DNA from: Selaginella moellendorffii | Lineage: Eukaryota > Plantae > Lycopodiophyta | NCBI RefSeq assembly: GCF_000143415.4 | Contig: NW_003314272.1 | Location: forward strand, 2,381,728-2,445,727 | DNA: 64,000 nucleotides | Reading direction: 5' to 3' | Shown: positions 12,757 to 24,051 of the stretch, piece by piece | How positions within the stretch are numbered: position 1 is the stretch's first letter | Layout: each line of letters opens with the position of its first letter | The notes under the pieces: model-generated | Told to the model about the DNA's origin: nothing | Seen by the model: only the letters and a program-made list of their open reading frames with translations | Database searches by the model: none | Made by a program: the position numbers and the translations under genes

Positions 12757-14790
12757 AACTTGAGGAATAGCCTAAAGTTGAAAAAGTTGTAGAACTTCTT
12801 GACAATGTGGTGGATAAGCACTTCCAAAAGACTGTTATGTGGACAAAGGAAAAAGCAATTCACCAAACATTTAATGCACTCAAGTGGCCAGGCCCTTATG
12901 ACTTGATCAGAGAAATCCCCCTTTGCTGTTTGTAGTAGATGAACCTTTTCCGCATAGCATCTAAGTATGTCAACTCAGATATATACAGCTTGTTCAAAAA
13001 GAATGGCCTTGCAATGAATATTAGTATGTTTCTAGTCTCTTTTTGCAAGCCAGGAACAATAGAGATCATTACCATCACATTTGAGATTGTGAATAGTTGG
13101 GATCCTACTTGGAGGAGGAAGTCCTTGGAATTTGATAACATGTTTATCAGACATCCTAAGACTCAACAACTTGCAGGGACAATATTCCAAATTATTGACG
13201 GTAACCACTGATATGGGGCTTAGATGAAGTGTATCAACTATCATTTTTGCAATGATCCTATCTACCATATCAATGTTCCAGTCAGCCATGTCTATGCGAG
13301 AGGACCTTTGGATGTCAACAGACTTATCTTGGCCTGCCGAAAGATTAATGTGTAAGTTTTATAATTTTACTTCCAACTCCACTTTAACTTGTTTGTCATG
13401 TTTAAATATAAACTTGGGTACTTCGCTATTCAAAAGCAAAATTTTGTTCATGATATTGAGCAACTTCAATTTTTGGTAGACTTGAGTGAGGATAACATCT
13501 GCCAACATTATGATGGTGATCTCACAACACTTATTCAGCACTCATGCACTCGAAATGACAGTACAACTTGGTTCAACAACCCAATCAATTTTATGCTCAT
13601 TGTGTAGTGCAAGGTATGTCTTTCCTTTTCATTTTATAAGGGCCTCTTTTAATTGTTTTGGTTTTTAGTCTTTGGTGAAGGTTGAGCAAGATGCTTATAA
13701 ACTTTCATATCTAGAGAAGAGTCGGGAAGAGCTCTCGGCTGAGTTCGTATAAATTGAGCACAAAATTCAATATGCAAAGTCTTCAAAGTTGAAGAAATTA
13801 GTATGCATTGCAAACAATTGTAGGCCGAAGGAGTGGCTAGAGACTATAGCTAAAATTTCTTCTCATGATATAAGTTTTTTATCACACTTCATTTTCTCAA
13901 TTATGCATATATTACTTTTGTAGTGAATAAAACTCCAGATAATATGATTTACAATATCACAAAATTGAAGCTATTATATAAGCAACAAATAGAGACTTTG
14001 GAGTTCCTCAATGTCTACTTGATGAACGGAGAGAAAGAATTGCCAAAACTATTTGAAAACATGATGCGAAGAGTTATCTACATCACGCAAACTATAAGTG
14101 AAGGTGAGAAGTTCTTGGCACTGCATATTAATAACGATCTAGATGGCACATTTATGTCTTTCGACACCTACATCAACACATCATTAGAAAGGATTGAAGA
14201 GGGGTGGTTGTCAGAGAAGTATACAAGCACAACAATTTATAATTGCCAACATGGTTAGCCTTATTTCATGTGACATAAAGCTTACATTTCTAAGACTTTT
14301 TTTAAATATATATTGTTTACAAATATCTTTGATATAGAGGTATGCCATTTGAGGCACCAGTTTGCACTCGACTTGTTGCAAAAGGTGTAAGGGATGGAAG
14401 AATGTACCCAAAAATGTTTACAAGAGTTTCGAAGGCATAAAAGATAAAATGCCTTTGGGAGTTGGAGTTCTTAGGGAAGGAGACCTCTACACTAAATCAC
14501 AAGGAAGTTATCAATGCTAGCAATGATAGCAATATAAGTGACGATAGAGGTGAGGATGAGGAAGCTCTAGATCAAGTTCATGTTCCACCACCAGACAGCC
14601 AGGATCAAGCTCCAATTCAACCATCAAACAACCAAGATCTGGATCAGGTTCTACCAATAAATAACGATGATCAAGTGGTTCACAGAATATCACATTGACC
14701 TCGAGATAAACAAACGTGAATTTTACAAACTAAAGGTGGTAATACATGTTTTTTTGTAGCAATGACTATTGGTAGTAATTTTATTCTAGC
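12757..14790 (+). pseudogene. 5' part of a spliced, decayed gene with a ParB/Srx-like domain (cargo of element D)
   Basis: One frame through premature stops: ...IPLCCL**MNLFR...WDPTW...F...LAGTIFQIIDGNH*YGA*..., i.e. the IDGNHR motif with CGA>TGA; short AT-rich GT-AG introns; acidic low-complexity linker at 14500-14700. Confidence 0.7.
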
Positions 14791-17688
14791 TGTAAGTGAC
14801 TAAATTTTTCATTCTACTTTAGTCACTTAACCACACCTCCGACCACTTGGAGGAATCTCACTCACAACCTCTGTAAGTCCTATTTTGGATTGAGGAGCTT
14901 GCTAGCCCCAAGAATGGCATCCATGCCACTCAACCTTTGCATTTGGTCCAAGTGCTCCACATGTCTGATCCCATGACCGACACCCCAAGGTACTACCGAC
15001 ATATTAGCCCGTTACGTTAAGGCCATGCCTATTCACCTTGGTCACACTAGCGGTCTAACACCACCTACATCACAGCCTCGTCTCTCAAAGACTGGGCCCT
15101 CCATCCATGAGTGATCATCCCAAATCCACTCTTTAGCATCCTTAGGATGCCTGTAGGCATGGGGAATAGCTTTCCCTAATATCCCTTTTCTAGTCCCCAC
15201 CAAGTCCCTTTCTGCCCGTGGCCGTGTTTGCCAACACTACCATTGGATCGATATGCCAAGCTTTCGCACTAAGCAATCTAACTGTGCATCATGACTCCGA
15301 GGTATCCCTCACTTGGCGGTGTGCCCAAACTAGTCTCCTCACTGAGAGTCTATGACCACCGAAAAAGGAGTGTCCTCATATTCCAAACTATCACCATGCC
15401 CTAGTGATTTGGGACTCGAACCTAAGCACTAGAGGGTCGGAATTCGAACCCAATCTCTGTATATGCATCTACGGACGGCATCGCTTAGGATGCTTAGCAT
15501 GACTCCCCACACTGGTGCACCAACTTATACTTAAAGCGTGCTATAGATCATAGCTTAGGAACCTAGTTCCTCTGCACTGCCAAGTCCTCTCACTTGACAA
15601 GTCTATGATCATGCATAGACTCCTCCATGCTCGGCCCCATGGGCCACCCCTTTTGAAGTTAGCACCTTCAACTAGGGGATTTGTCCCCCTGACTTGCAAA
15701 TCTCACTTAACAAGTCATCCGGCCACCGTAACATGGTTCATGCATAAGTGTGAAAGTCCTTAATTATCAACTTTTGTTCAAAGCCCTCTCTTTGAACACT
15801 CGGGAACTACTTCCCCAATTTTGATAGCCTCGCCTTATGGCCAGTTTCAAAACCACGCTTCTACTACGCCACTCTAATTTTGCGCGCTCTAGGAATCATT
15901 TACACTTGGCTTTCTAGGTACTTATCTACCTAGAATTGTCTTTAGGAACCTTCAAGGAATTCTGTTCCTTAGCTTATTAAGGTTTTTTCTTTGCAAACTC
16001 CTTACTTACTATATGGTCTAACATGGATAATTTTACATTTTAGACTCTCTATGGCATCGCAGTTGCTAGTAATAACATCCTCGAGCACCCTTTTGATTTT
16101 CCACTCCCAACTTGCATAACCACTGTTGGTTATACCTTTCAATTTTTATAGTTCAGTTCCATCCCAATACTATTTGCCTTTTGGCCTCATATGTTTCCTT
16201 CAATTATTCTCCTCCAGACTAGGAGAATAACTTTGCACATTCTACCATGCCTTAGCAAGTATTCATAGGGATGAATCCTCCCCATCCTCCATGGGGCACA
16301 ACACACTTCAATCCAAATGCTTCCATCAGTCCTTTAGGACTATTCCTTGACTCCACTTAAGTCATTCAGCCTTTTGGATTTTTTTTAATCCCCCAACCTA
16401 TAAGGTCTTACTTTTGAGGTGCCAACTCATTGGAATACAACTTCTTGTATTCATGTCCTACTCACCAGGACCACCATTATAAATGTTATTCCAACACTTG
16501 ACTATTTTTGATAATTGTGGGCTACCTTCGCCCATTAGGACTATCCGTCCATATGATGAGGATATTGATTCATCCTTTGAACACACCCCTAACTCCTTGG
16601 GTTTGTTCCAACATTTATAAAGGGTAGCCCTAGCTACCATTTCAAAGACTCGTGTCCTTATCCATATTTGACCTCTCAAGGTCCTTAATTTCGGTCTCAA
16701 ATTCATGAGCACCAGCCTTAACTATATAAGAATAATCTTGTAACTCCTTTATTATTTTGGAGTCTCTATTTTTCCCCTGATCCCAACCATAGTTGTTTAC
16801 TACAATTACATTAGCCAATTTACTAAGTCAAATGCTCATCTGGATCACATCCTCAACTCTCTGAGGACAACTTTATACTGTTCTTAAGATCCCAAAGTCA
16901 TTCCATTATTGGCCCTTTTCTATCCACCACCTCGCCTATAAATTCACACATGAACTGTAGTGGAGAGCCATGTCTTCCTGACCTGCTACTCCTCAAGGAT
17001 AGACCCACTCCTTAGACCTTCCGATGCCAACACTAGTGGTGATATACTTGAACACTAATAAAAGTCAGACTAAGGAACAGCTCTGATACCAAGTTATAAA
17101 TGATTAAATTTTCCATTCTACTTTAGTCACTTAACCACACCTCCAACAACTTGGAAGAATCTCACTTACAACCTCCGTAAGTCCTATTTTGGACTTAGGG
17201 GCTTGTTAGCCCTAAGAATGGCATCCATGCCACTTAACCTTTGCACTTGTTCCAAGTGCTCCACATGTTCGATCCCATGACTGACACCCCAAGGTACCAC
17301 CGACATATCAGCCCGTTACGCTAAGGCCATGCCTATTCACCTTGGTCATACCAGTGGTCTGACACCACCTACATCATAGCCCTATCTCTCAAAGATTGGG
17401 CCTTCCATCCATAAGTGATCATCCCAGATCCACTCCTTAGCATCCTTAATGGGAAATAACCTTCCCTAATATCCCTTTTCCGGTCCCCACCAAGTCCCTT
17501 TCTGCCCATGGCCGTGTTTGCCAACACTACCATTGGATCGAGGCCCACAAACCTGACCACTAAGTCCCATAGTCCTCTGGAACTTCCTCACCACCCAACT
17601 GTATCCTTGGTCATTACACGAGAGGACTACTCCTCTTCCTTTCCACAGTCTGGGCCTTTAGGACAACATTTCGGAACACTGTGGCCTT
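14791..17688 (-). mobile_element. Family-A element A2 (internally deleted): 3' LTR end 14791-~15250, internal region, PBS ~17081-17091, distal part of the 5' LTR 17094-17688
   Basis: Reverse-complement match to A1; TGGTATCAGAGC on the - strand; the LTR is cut at 17688 and continues at 28070 (inversion). Confidence 0.88.
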
Positions 17689-18074
17689 AGGGGTCTCAAG
17701 TCCGACTCTGTTGGATGGCTAGGGGATCACACCATATGTTAATTGACATCTGGCTGGTCTAGTTTGCTTCTGCTGGGCTCGACCAGAGGGGTAGGGTTTC
17801 AAGAGAGTAGGGCTCTCGGGAGAGTTGCGGCTTTTAACTTCCGTTCACAAGGGCGTGAAATTGTAGGGAAGCATGGTGGATTGTAAGTAACCAAAGAGAA
17901 TGACTTGAGAGACGATCCATTGGGTTCAAATATAAAGGGAAAGGGCCTATGAACAAGAGTGCACCCCTTTTTCCAATCGGTTAAGGGTCTTAGGATATTT
18001 GGGGTTAAGTGTCCTTGGGTTTGAATAGTACTGGGTTAGTGACCTCCCGGGAAGTTCAAACTCAAGAGCTTACA
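17689..18074 (+). mobile_element. Cassandra TRIM: internal region plus 3' LTR (17882-18074) with 5S rRNA-like segment
   Basis: 193-bp TGTAAG...CTTACA LTR containing GTTAAGTGTCCTTGGG..AATAGTACTGGG..GTGACCTCCCGGGAAGT; preceded by GGTGGAT; its 5' LTR and PBS lie at 28071-28265. Confidence 0.88.
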
Positions 18075-18089
18075 AAAGTGTTGGGATCG

Positions 18090-18548
18090 AGTTAACCCCA
18101 AATATTTTAAAATCTTTAACTAACTGGGAAAGGGGGTGCAATATTGTTTCTGAGCCTTTTCCCTTTATATTTTAACTTTAAGGATCATGTATCAAACCAT
18201 TTTTGAGTCACTTTTATGCAAGTTCACACCCTCATGAATGAAAAGTAAGAGCCACAACTCTCCCAAAAGCTTCACTCTCTTGACACCTTACCCCTTAGGT
18301 TGAGCCTAGTTAGAGCAAATTAAACCTACCAAATGTCAATCAATATGTGGTATGATTCCCTTAACCTTTATTTTTTTCATACCAAATATAAACTCCTGAA
18401 TTTAAACTTCCTTAGCACTATTATTTAAACCCATAAGCATCAAACCATTAATTGATTAGAAAAGGGGCATTTTAGTTTATAAGCTTTTTCCTTCTATATT
18501 TGAACCCATATTAATCATTTTTTAAGTTGTTCTTTTTGGTTGCTTACA
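18090..18548 (-). mobile_element. Older degenerate Cassandra copy (5' LTR 18387-18548, PBS, internal region, partial 3' LTR)
   Basis: Reverse-complement similarity to 17720-18010 and to the LTR; TTTGGTATG next to the LTR; heavy C>T/G>A decay. Confidence 0.75.
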
Positions 18549-20461
18549 CAAATTTGAGATTGGACCCAAGTTCAAGTCCCACAGGTAAATTTTGATACGC
18601 ACAATCACATTTGCAATAGTGTAAAATCTCTTTAGAAGACAAGGGTGGGGAGCTCAAGTGTATTAGGACAAACTTGGGGCCAAGATAGCAACCCCTAGGT
18701 CATTAGACACAATTGCTAAGCCTATGGAGGGTAATTAGGCTTTAAGTGATATGGGAAGTGCACAACAAGAGGAGGTTTGAGAATAAAGAGCCATTAATAT
18801 TATAGATAATGGTGTAGTGGTGGTGACGAATATTGGGAGCAATTTATCCTTGATATAGGCTGCTAAAAGACAACAATAAGACCCAACACTTTGCAACTTG
18901 GCTCAAACACTAGCTTCTATATCATGGTATGAATAGTGAAACTTTGGAAGTGGAACATCCTACCAAAGATTGCAATAGTGGCACAGATGGGAAATATGGT
19001 GGTGACAACACAAACAAAGAAACAACCCCACCACTACAGCCTCTAGTGCTCATGTTGGGGTGATGGAAAGGTAGGTCACCTCACTTGGCTTTAGGTTTCT
19101 CATTTGTATACACTATAACCTACAATAGATGTGTTTTCTTCAAACTACTTGGCAAATATTCTAGTGATTGCATATTATTCACCACTAAGCTCTTTAAATT
19201 TCTTCAATATATAGTACTAATATATGAAAACCACAGCCTAGAGAGGTCACTTAATTGTACAAGCTAGGTGTGTGCACTCAATAGAGTTGTTTTTATAGTA
19301 GTTGAGAGTATATATAATGCATCATTCTTGTTATAAAGCTTGGAATGCCTACCATATTGATTATAGGATGAGATTTGCTTTGGGGAATATATAAAATAAA
19401 AAATGTCACTAAAGGCTCTTTTAGTAAATAATTGCCATTATTTTTTGTAATATCAAAACTTTTTAGAGGCATATCTTTAATTTTAATTCTTTGAGAGGTA
19501 TTTTTTGTCTGAGGGTAATGAATATCCCAAGAATATCTAAGTATATTCAGGGATATTTCTCAATCTCAAACCTATGATTTTTAACTCTTAAACATTCTCA
19601 GATGAGTGTTTAAATTTTAAGACAAGTAATTTAGGTGCTTACATTCTTGAGGATGATAAGCAAACCTATATGGATACCAAGAATACCTGGATATTATGGT
19701 ATATTCTATCATCTCATTTAGATGAATAAATTAAATTTATAAACTTTTTTAAACAATGTTCATATGGAATTAGATTAATCTTGTTTTTATAAATTATAAA
19801 ATTTATTTTTAACACTAAACAAATTTGATAAAAGAAAAAAAATTTCATGGATGAGAGGACTTGGCAGCCCAGGATTGAGCAACAATGCAGTCATGAGCTC
19901 CTTCTCTTTCGGGTGTGGATCAATATTGTCACTTGCTACCAATGGTGGAAATTCATGGCAGTATACACATGAAGAGAACTTTGAGTGAAGTGAACTCATT
20001 GGAGCTTGGATCAATAGCCTTGTACAGCTTTAGCAGGCATTAAGCTCGCAAGAGGCTTATGGTTCCATCATTCACTAGGTTAGTCCTTTTTGTGCTTCAA
20101 TTGAGCTAGCTTGCCCTGTCCGGCCGATCTTTCCATGGTATGGCGCCAGTCATTTTTGGGTCCATGCTGAGCTAACTGTCTTAGGATCTCTGCCAGGTTT
20201 TACTTTTTCCTAGTTTTGCTAGCTGATAGTGCTTTGGCTAGATAACTACGACTTTGTTCTGAGTAATGCAGGAGCCATTACTTTTGTGGTTGTGGACAGT
20301 GTTCACAAATCTAACGATTGCTCCGCTAAAATTCTTGACCATCAGAATCGACAGATTTTTAAACCATAACATTAAAAACTGCTATGGAAAACCTTGTTCT
20401 GAAAATAGCGATAAACAGCCGAGCAGGGCACACTTATCGAATCCCTGCTTGCACCTCCACT

Positions 20462-22081
20462 CTAGGGGACGAAGGGCATGTTCTCGACGAGATCCTCGGC
20501 ATCCTCAACGTGCCCGGCGCGCGCCAGGAGATCCACCACGCAGCAGTAGTGTTGGCTCTTGGGATCCAGGCTGAAATCGACCACCATCGACGCGAAATAG
20601 CTCAATCCCCTGCACAAATCCCCCAAATGCGCGCATCCCGTGAGCGCGCTCACGAACGATCCCCCATCCTGAAGATCGAACGCTTTCATCTCGTGGAATA
20701 GCTCTAGGGCTTGCAGCGCGGCGCCGGCCCGGGCGTAGCCGTCGAGCATCGCGTTCCACGCCACGAGGTTGTGCCCGTCGCCCATGCCCTGAAAGATCCT
20801 GTGAGCATCTTCCATATGGCCATTCTGGGCAAGTACTGAGAGCATCGCAGTCTGCGTCACGGGGTCCTGCTCGGGCATGGAATCAAACACGCGCCTGGCT
20901 GACGCGGGCTGGCCGTTGATGGCGTAGGCGGAGATCATGACCGTCCACGAGACGACGTCGCGGTCGGGCATCACCAAGAAGAAGGCCTCCGCCTCGCCTA
21001 GGTGATTGTTCCGGGCATATGCCAAAAGCATCGAGTTCCACGCTACTAGATCCTTCTCTTGCATGGAATCAAACGCCACCTTGGCCTCCTCAATTGCGCC
21101 GGAGATCGCAAAGCCACGGAGGATGGCGGTGCACGAGACGCGATCCCAGCGTGCCATCGAACTAAAGAGCCGCTTGGCATGATCAAGCTGCCCTCTCTCG
21201 GCATATGCCGCAATAAGTGCATTCCATGATACTATGTCTCTCTCCGGCATAGAATCAAAGATTCCCTGTGCTTGGTCAAGATTCCCAACGTTTGTGCAAG
21301 CCAGGAGCATCGTCGTCCAAGAGATCAAATTTCGCTCGCGCATGGAATCAAAGATGTGACGAGCTTGTTCTACATGCCTTGCATGGGTATATGCGGCAAG
21401 CATCGCGGTCCAAGATACCACGTCTTGCTCTGGCATTTGGTCAAATATAAATTTTGCCTCGTGAGGCTTGAGATTCTCAGAATAGGATACAAGCATCACC
21501 GTCCAGGACACGAGGTCACGTTCAGGCATCCGATCAAAGATATCTCTAGCCTCGAATAGATAACCAGATTGGGCATATACAATAAGCATGGCACTCCAGG
21601 AGATGATATTATGCTCTGGCATCATATCAAAAGTATTCTTGGCCTCTTTTAACAACTGGTAGTTGGAGTATGCTGTTAACATTGCATTCCATGAGACAAT
21701 GTCACGCTCTTTCATTTGATCGAAAGTTCTCTTTGCCTGCTGCAAATACCCAGATTTGGCATATGCTGCAAGCATTGCAGTCCAAGAAAACAAGTCGTGT
21801 TCAGGCATAGAGTCAAATACTTGTATAGCCTGGGTGATGTAGCCATTTGAAGTGTATGCAATGAGCAACAATCCCCAAGTATAGATACTTTTTGAGTGTA
21901 TACTATCAAACACTTTTTTTGAATTTTCCACACTTCCACATTTGCCATACATTTGAATTACTAAGTTGGAAAGATAAGTATCAAATGGAAGCCTTGTTTC
22001 CACTTGGAAATGGAGTTCTTTTGCATTTTTCAAATTTTTACAAGACTTAATGAGTTGAATATTTATTTGATTCTTTTCCAT
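20462..22081 (-). CDS. PLS-class pentatricopeptide repeat protein, intronless, ending at the start of the E domain
   Basis: 539-aa ORF with ~31-aa repeats (FDxMPExDxVSWxAML.AY), YGKCGS, HYCCVVDLLARAG...MPFVP*. Confidence 0.92.
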   Translation of the reverse strand: MEKNQINIQLIKSCKNLKNAKELHFQVETRLPFDTYLSNLVIQMYGKCGSVENSKKVFDSIHSKSIYTWGLLLIAYTSNGYITQAIQVFDSMPEHDLFSWTAMLAAYAKSGYLQQAKRTFDQMKERDIVSWNAMLTAYSNYQLLKEAKNTFDMMPEHNIISWSAMLIVYAQSGYLFEARDIFDRMPERDLVSWTVMLVSYSENLKPHEAKFIFDQMPEQDVVSWTAMLAAYTHARHVEQARHIFDSMRERNLISWTTMLLACTNVGNLDQAQGIFDSMPERDIVSWNALIAAYAERGQLDHAKRLFSSMARWDRVSCTAILRGFAISGAIEEAKVAFDSMQEKDLVAWNSMLLAYARNNHLGEAEAFFLVMPDRDVVSWTVMISAYAINGQPASARRVFDSMPEQDPVTQTAMLSVLAQNGHMEDAHRIFQGMGDGHNLVAWNAMLDGYARAGAALQALELFHEMKAFDLQDGGSFVSALTGCAHLGDLCRGLSYFASMVVDFSLDPKSQHYCCVVDLLARAGHVEDAEDLVENMPFVP

Positions 22082-22199
22082 ACATATCAGTCCAGAACTC
22101 TCTAAGCTAACACAATATAGTGACTTGTATAAACTAGATATAGATATTTAAAACCCTTTTATGGAATGGTGTGTAGAATAACATATAGTAGTGAGTAAA

Positions 22200-22700
22200 G
22201 TTAAATTGAAGGACCATTTACGTTCATGTTGGATTAAGGTCTATAGTGGTTTATTATGGCCTTGGAGAATGCATAAGGGAGGATGATGAAGACTAGAGCT
22301 CAAGACTTTATCTATATTGTAGATATTGTCAACTTGAGAGAACTCTAAAAGTAGTGTCAAACAGAATAAATTACCAAACTGAGGGTAATATAATTGATAT
22401 TGAACTTTCTCCAAAACTTTGTGACATCCTAAGTGGTTGGACATGAGACTACCATGGAAAAAGTGTAACTACAAGTTGATATAAAACGTTGGTGCTATCA
22501 TTAATATAGCAAAAAAAATTATAATTGCCACAAGGCTTATTACCATCTAAAATATTCCACAATCAACATATCCATTGCTTGTCCTTTTGAGCAGTCATGA
22601 CTTGGTAAAACATTCTCTAGTAATAGAGGGGGTAAACCATCCATATGAAGGCATAACATGTGCTATCTTTCTATATTTATAGAGAGTATATTCACTGCTA
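22200..22700 (-). pseudogene. Degenerate gypsy integrase/RNase H fragment
   Basis: FHGSLMSNHLG.HK.LEKV...YYP resembles the integrase zinc-binding region; boundaries approximate. Confidence 0.5.
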
Positions 22701-23283
22701 TTAACTATAGTGGGAATTGAATTTGGAAACCTTTGCTTATAGGATTTTATTTAAGACCTATTATGCACATAGATGGATCTTAAGAACTTTGTGTTTAGAA
22801 TGTTCAACACAAATCGATCTTTTTCTTATCATTACTTTAATATTTTATTAATAGGTTTGTCATCTTCCCTTCTTTCCATAATGAGCTTTTGACAATTTAA
22901 AAACTCTAATGTTAATGGCTTTCTCAGATCTTCTTCTTTAGCTCCAGCTAAATTTCAAAACTTTATGAAAGTTATATCAAGTGTTCAAGCAATCTAATAT
23001 AGCACACCACTCATTGTTCTAGCAAATTATTTATAATAACTTCTTGGTTTTAAGCCAAAAATTAATATGACAGAAAACTTTGATGGCATAAAGTTTGAGT
23101 TCTATATATTCCTCATAAGTTAGGCTTTAAATTGTTATATAGCCTCCTTACCAATATTCCACTCCAACTTTTTATATATAACTGATTGATCTATTATTAT
23201 TGGGATACCCTTTTCTTGGTTCTCCACCTTTTTGAGAAAAGTAGACATGAATCACAAGAATATTTTAAAAATATTCTATAACT

Positions 23284-24051
23284 TGTGGGATTTAAAGCTG
23301 GAACACCTTAAAGGTTGGGAGGTTAGCCTAGGTTTGCTCCTTGTTTGTTTCATTGGTATCAAATTAGCACATTCTTTTGGGGATTGTAAAGGAGTGGGAT
23401 ATAGATCTTGATGAAGAGTATAACATTAGTGATAATGGCTATGACAAAGGGAAAAAATCTCTTAATAATGTTGATACATGGTAAGGATGCTAAATTATTG
23501 AGGTTCAAAGCAACATAAAAGAAGCTAAAGATTTTGTCAATCTCATTAAAGATTTTCTACTTTGCCTAGACCCTCAAGGGTTGAATCAATATCATGTTGT
23601 AAGCAACCAAAGGGAACGACTCGAGAGACGGTCCATGGGGTTCAAATATAGAGGGAAAGGGCCCATGAACAAGAGTGCACCCCCTTTTCCAATCGGTTAA
23701 GGGTCTTGGGATAGTTGGAGTTAAGCGTCCTTGGGTTTGAATAGTACTGGGCTGGGTGACCTCCCGGGAAGTCCAAACTCAGGAACTTACATTTGGTATC
23801 AGAAGTTATTACCAGATATTTATGATAGATAAAAGGTTGATTCTTGGTTGGAATTGTGAGAAAGTTGTTAGTCTCACAACCTTATAAGGATAAGGTGAAT
23901 ATTGATTTTTTTGTTACGAATCTTATAGGCTATGATTCTTTGTGGTAGAATAACTACATCAAAATTAATTCATAGTAGACTTTCTAAAATGATTTAATGA
24001 AGGTTTTCCTCACTTTATTTTGAAAAAGTTAATGAACCAGTTGCTAGAGAT
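23284..24051 (+). mobile_element. 5' part of G0 (LTR end at 23352, PBS 23354-23361, N-terminal gag), displaced by the inversion
   Basis: TTTCA-TTGGTATCA; gag-like VDSWLE...NLIG.DSLW*...KLMNQLLE that joins LEIK*GT at 5835. Left edge approximate. Confidence 0.7.
23598..23803 (+). mobile_element. Cassandra LTR (23598-23791) plus PBS; best-preserved 5S-like segment at 23719-23774
   Basis: AGTTAAGCGTCCTTGGG...AATAGTACTGGGCTGGGTGACCTCCCGGGAAGTCC (A-box to C-box of the 5S internal promoter), then TTTGGTATCAGA. Confidence 0.92.

Noticed and set aside
23719-23774. True 5S rRNA gene
   Set aside because: Only the internal ~55 nt is present, embedded in an LTR; no 5S 5' end or T-run terminator.
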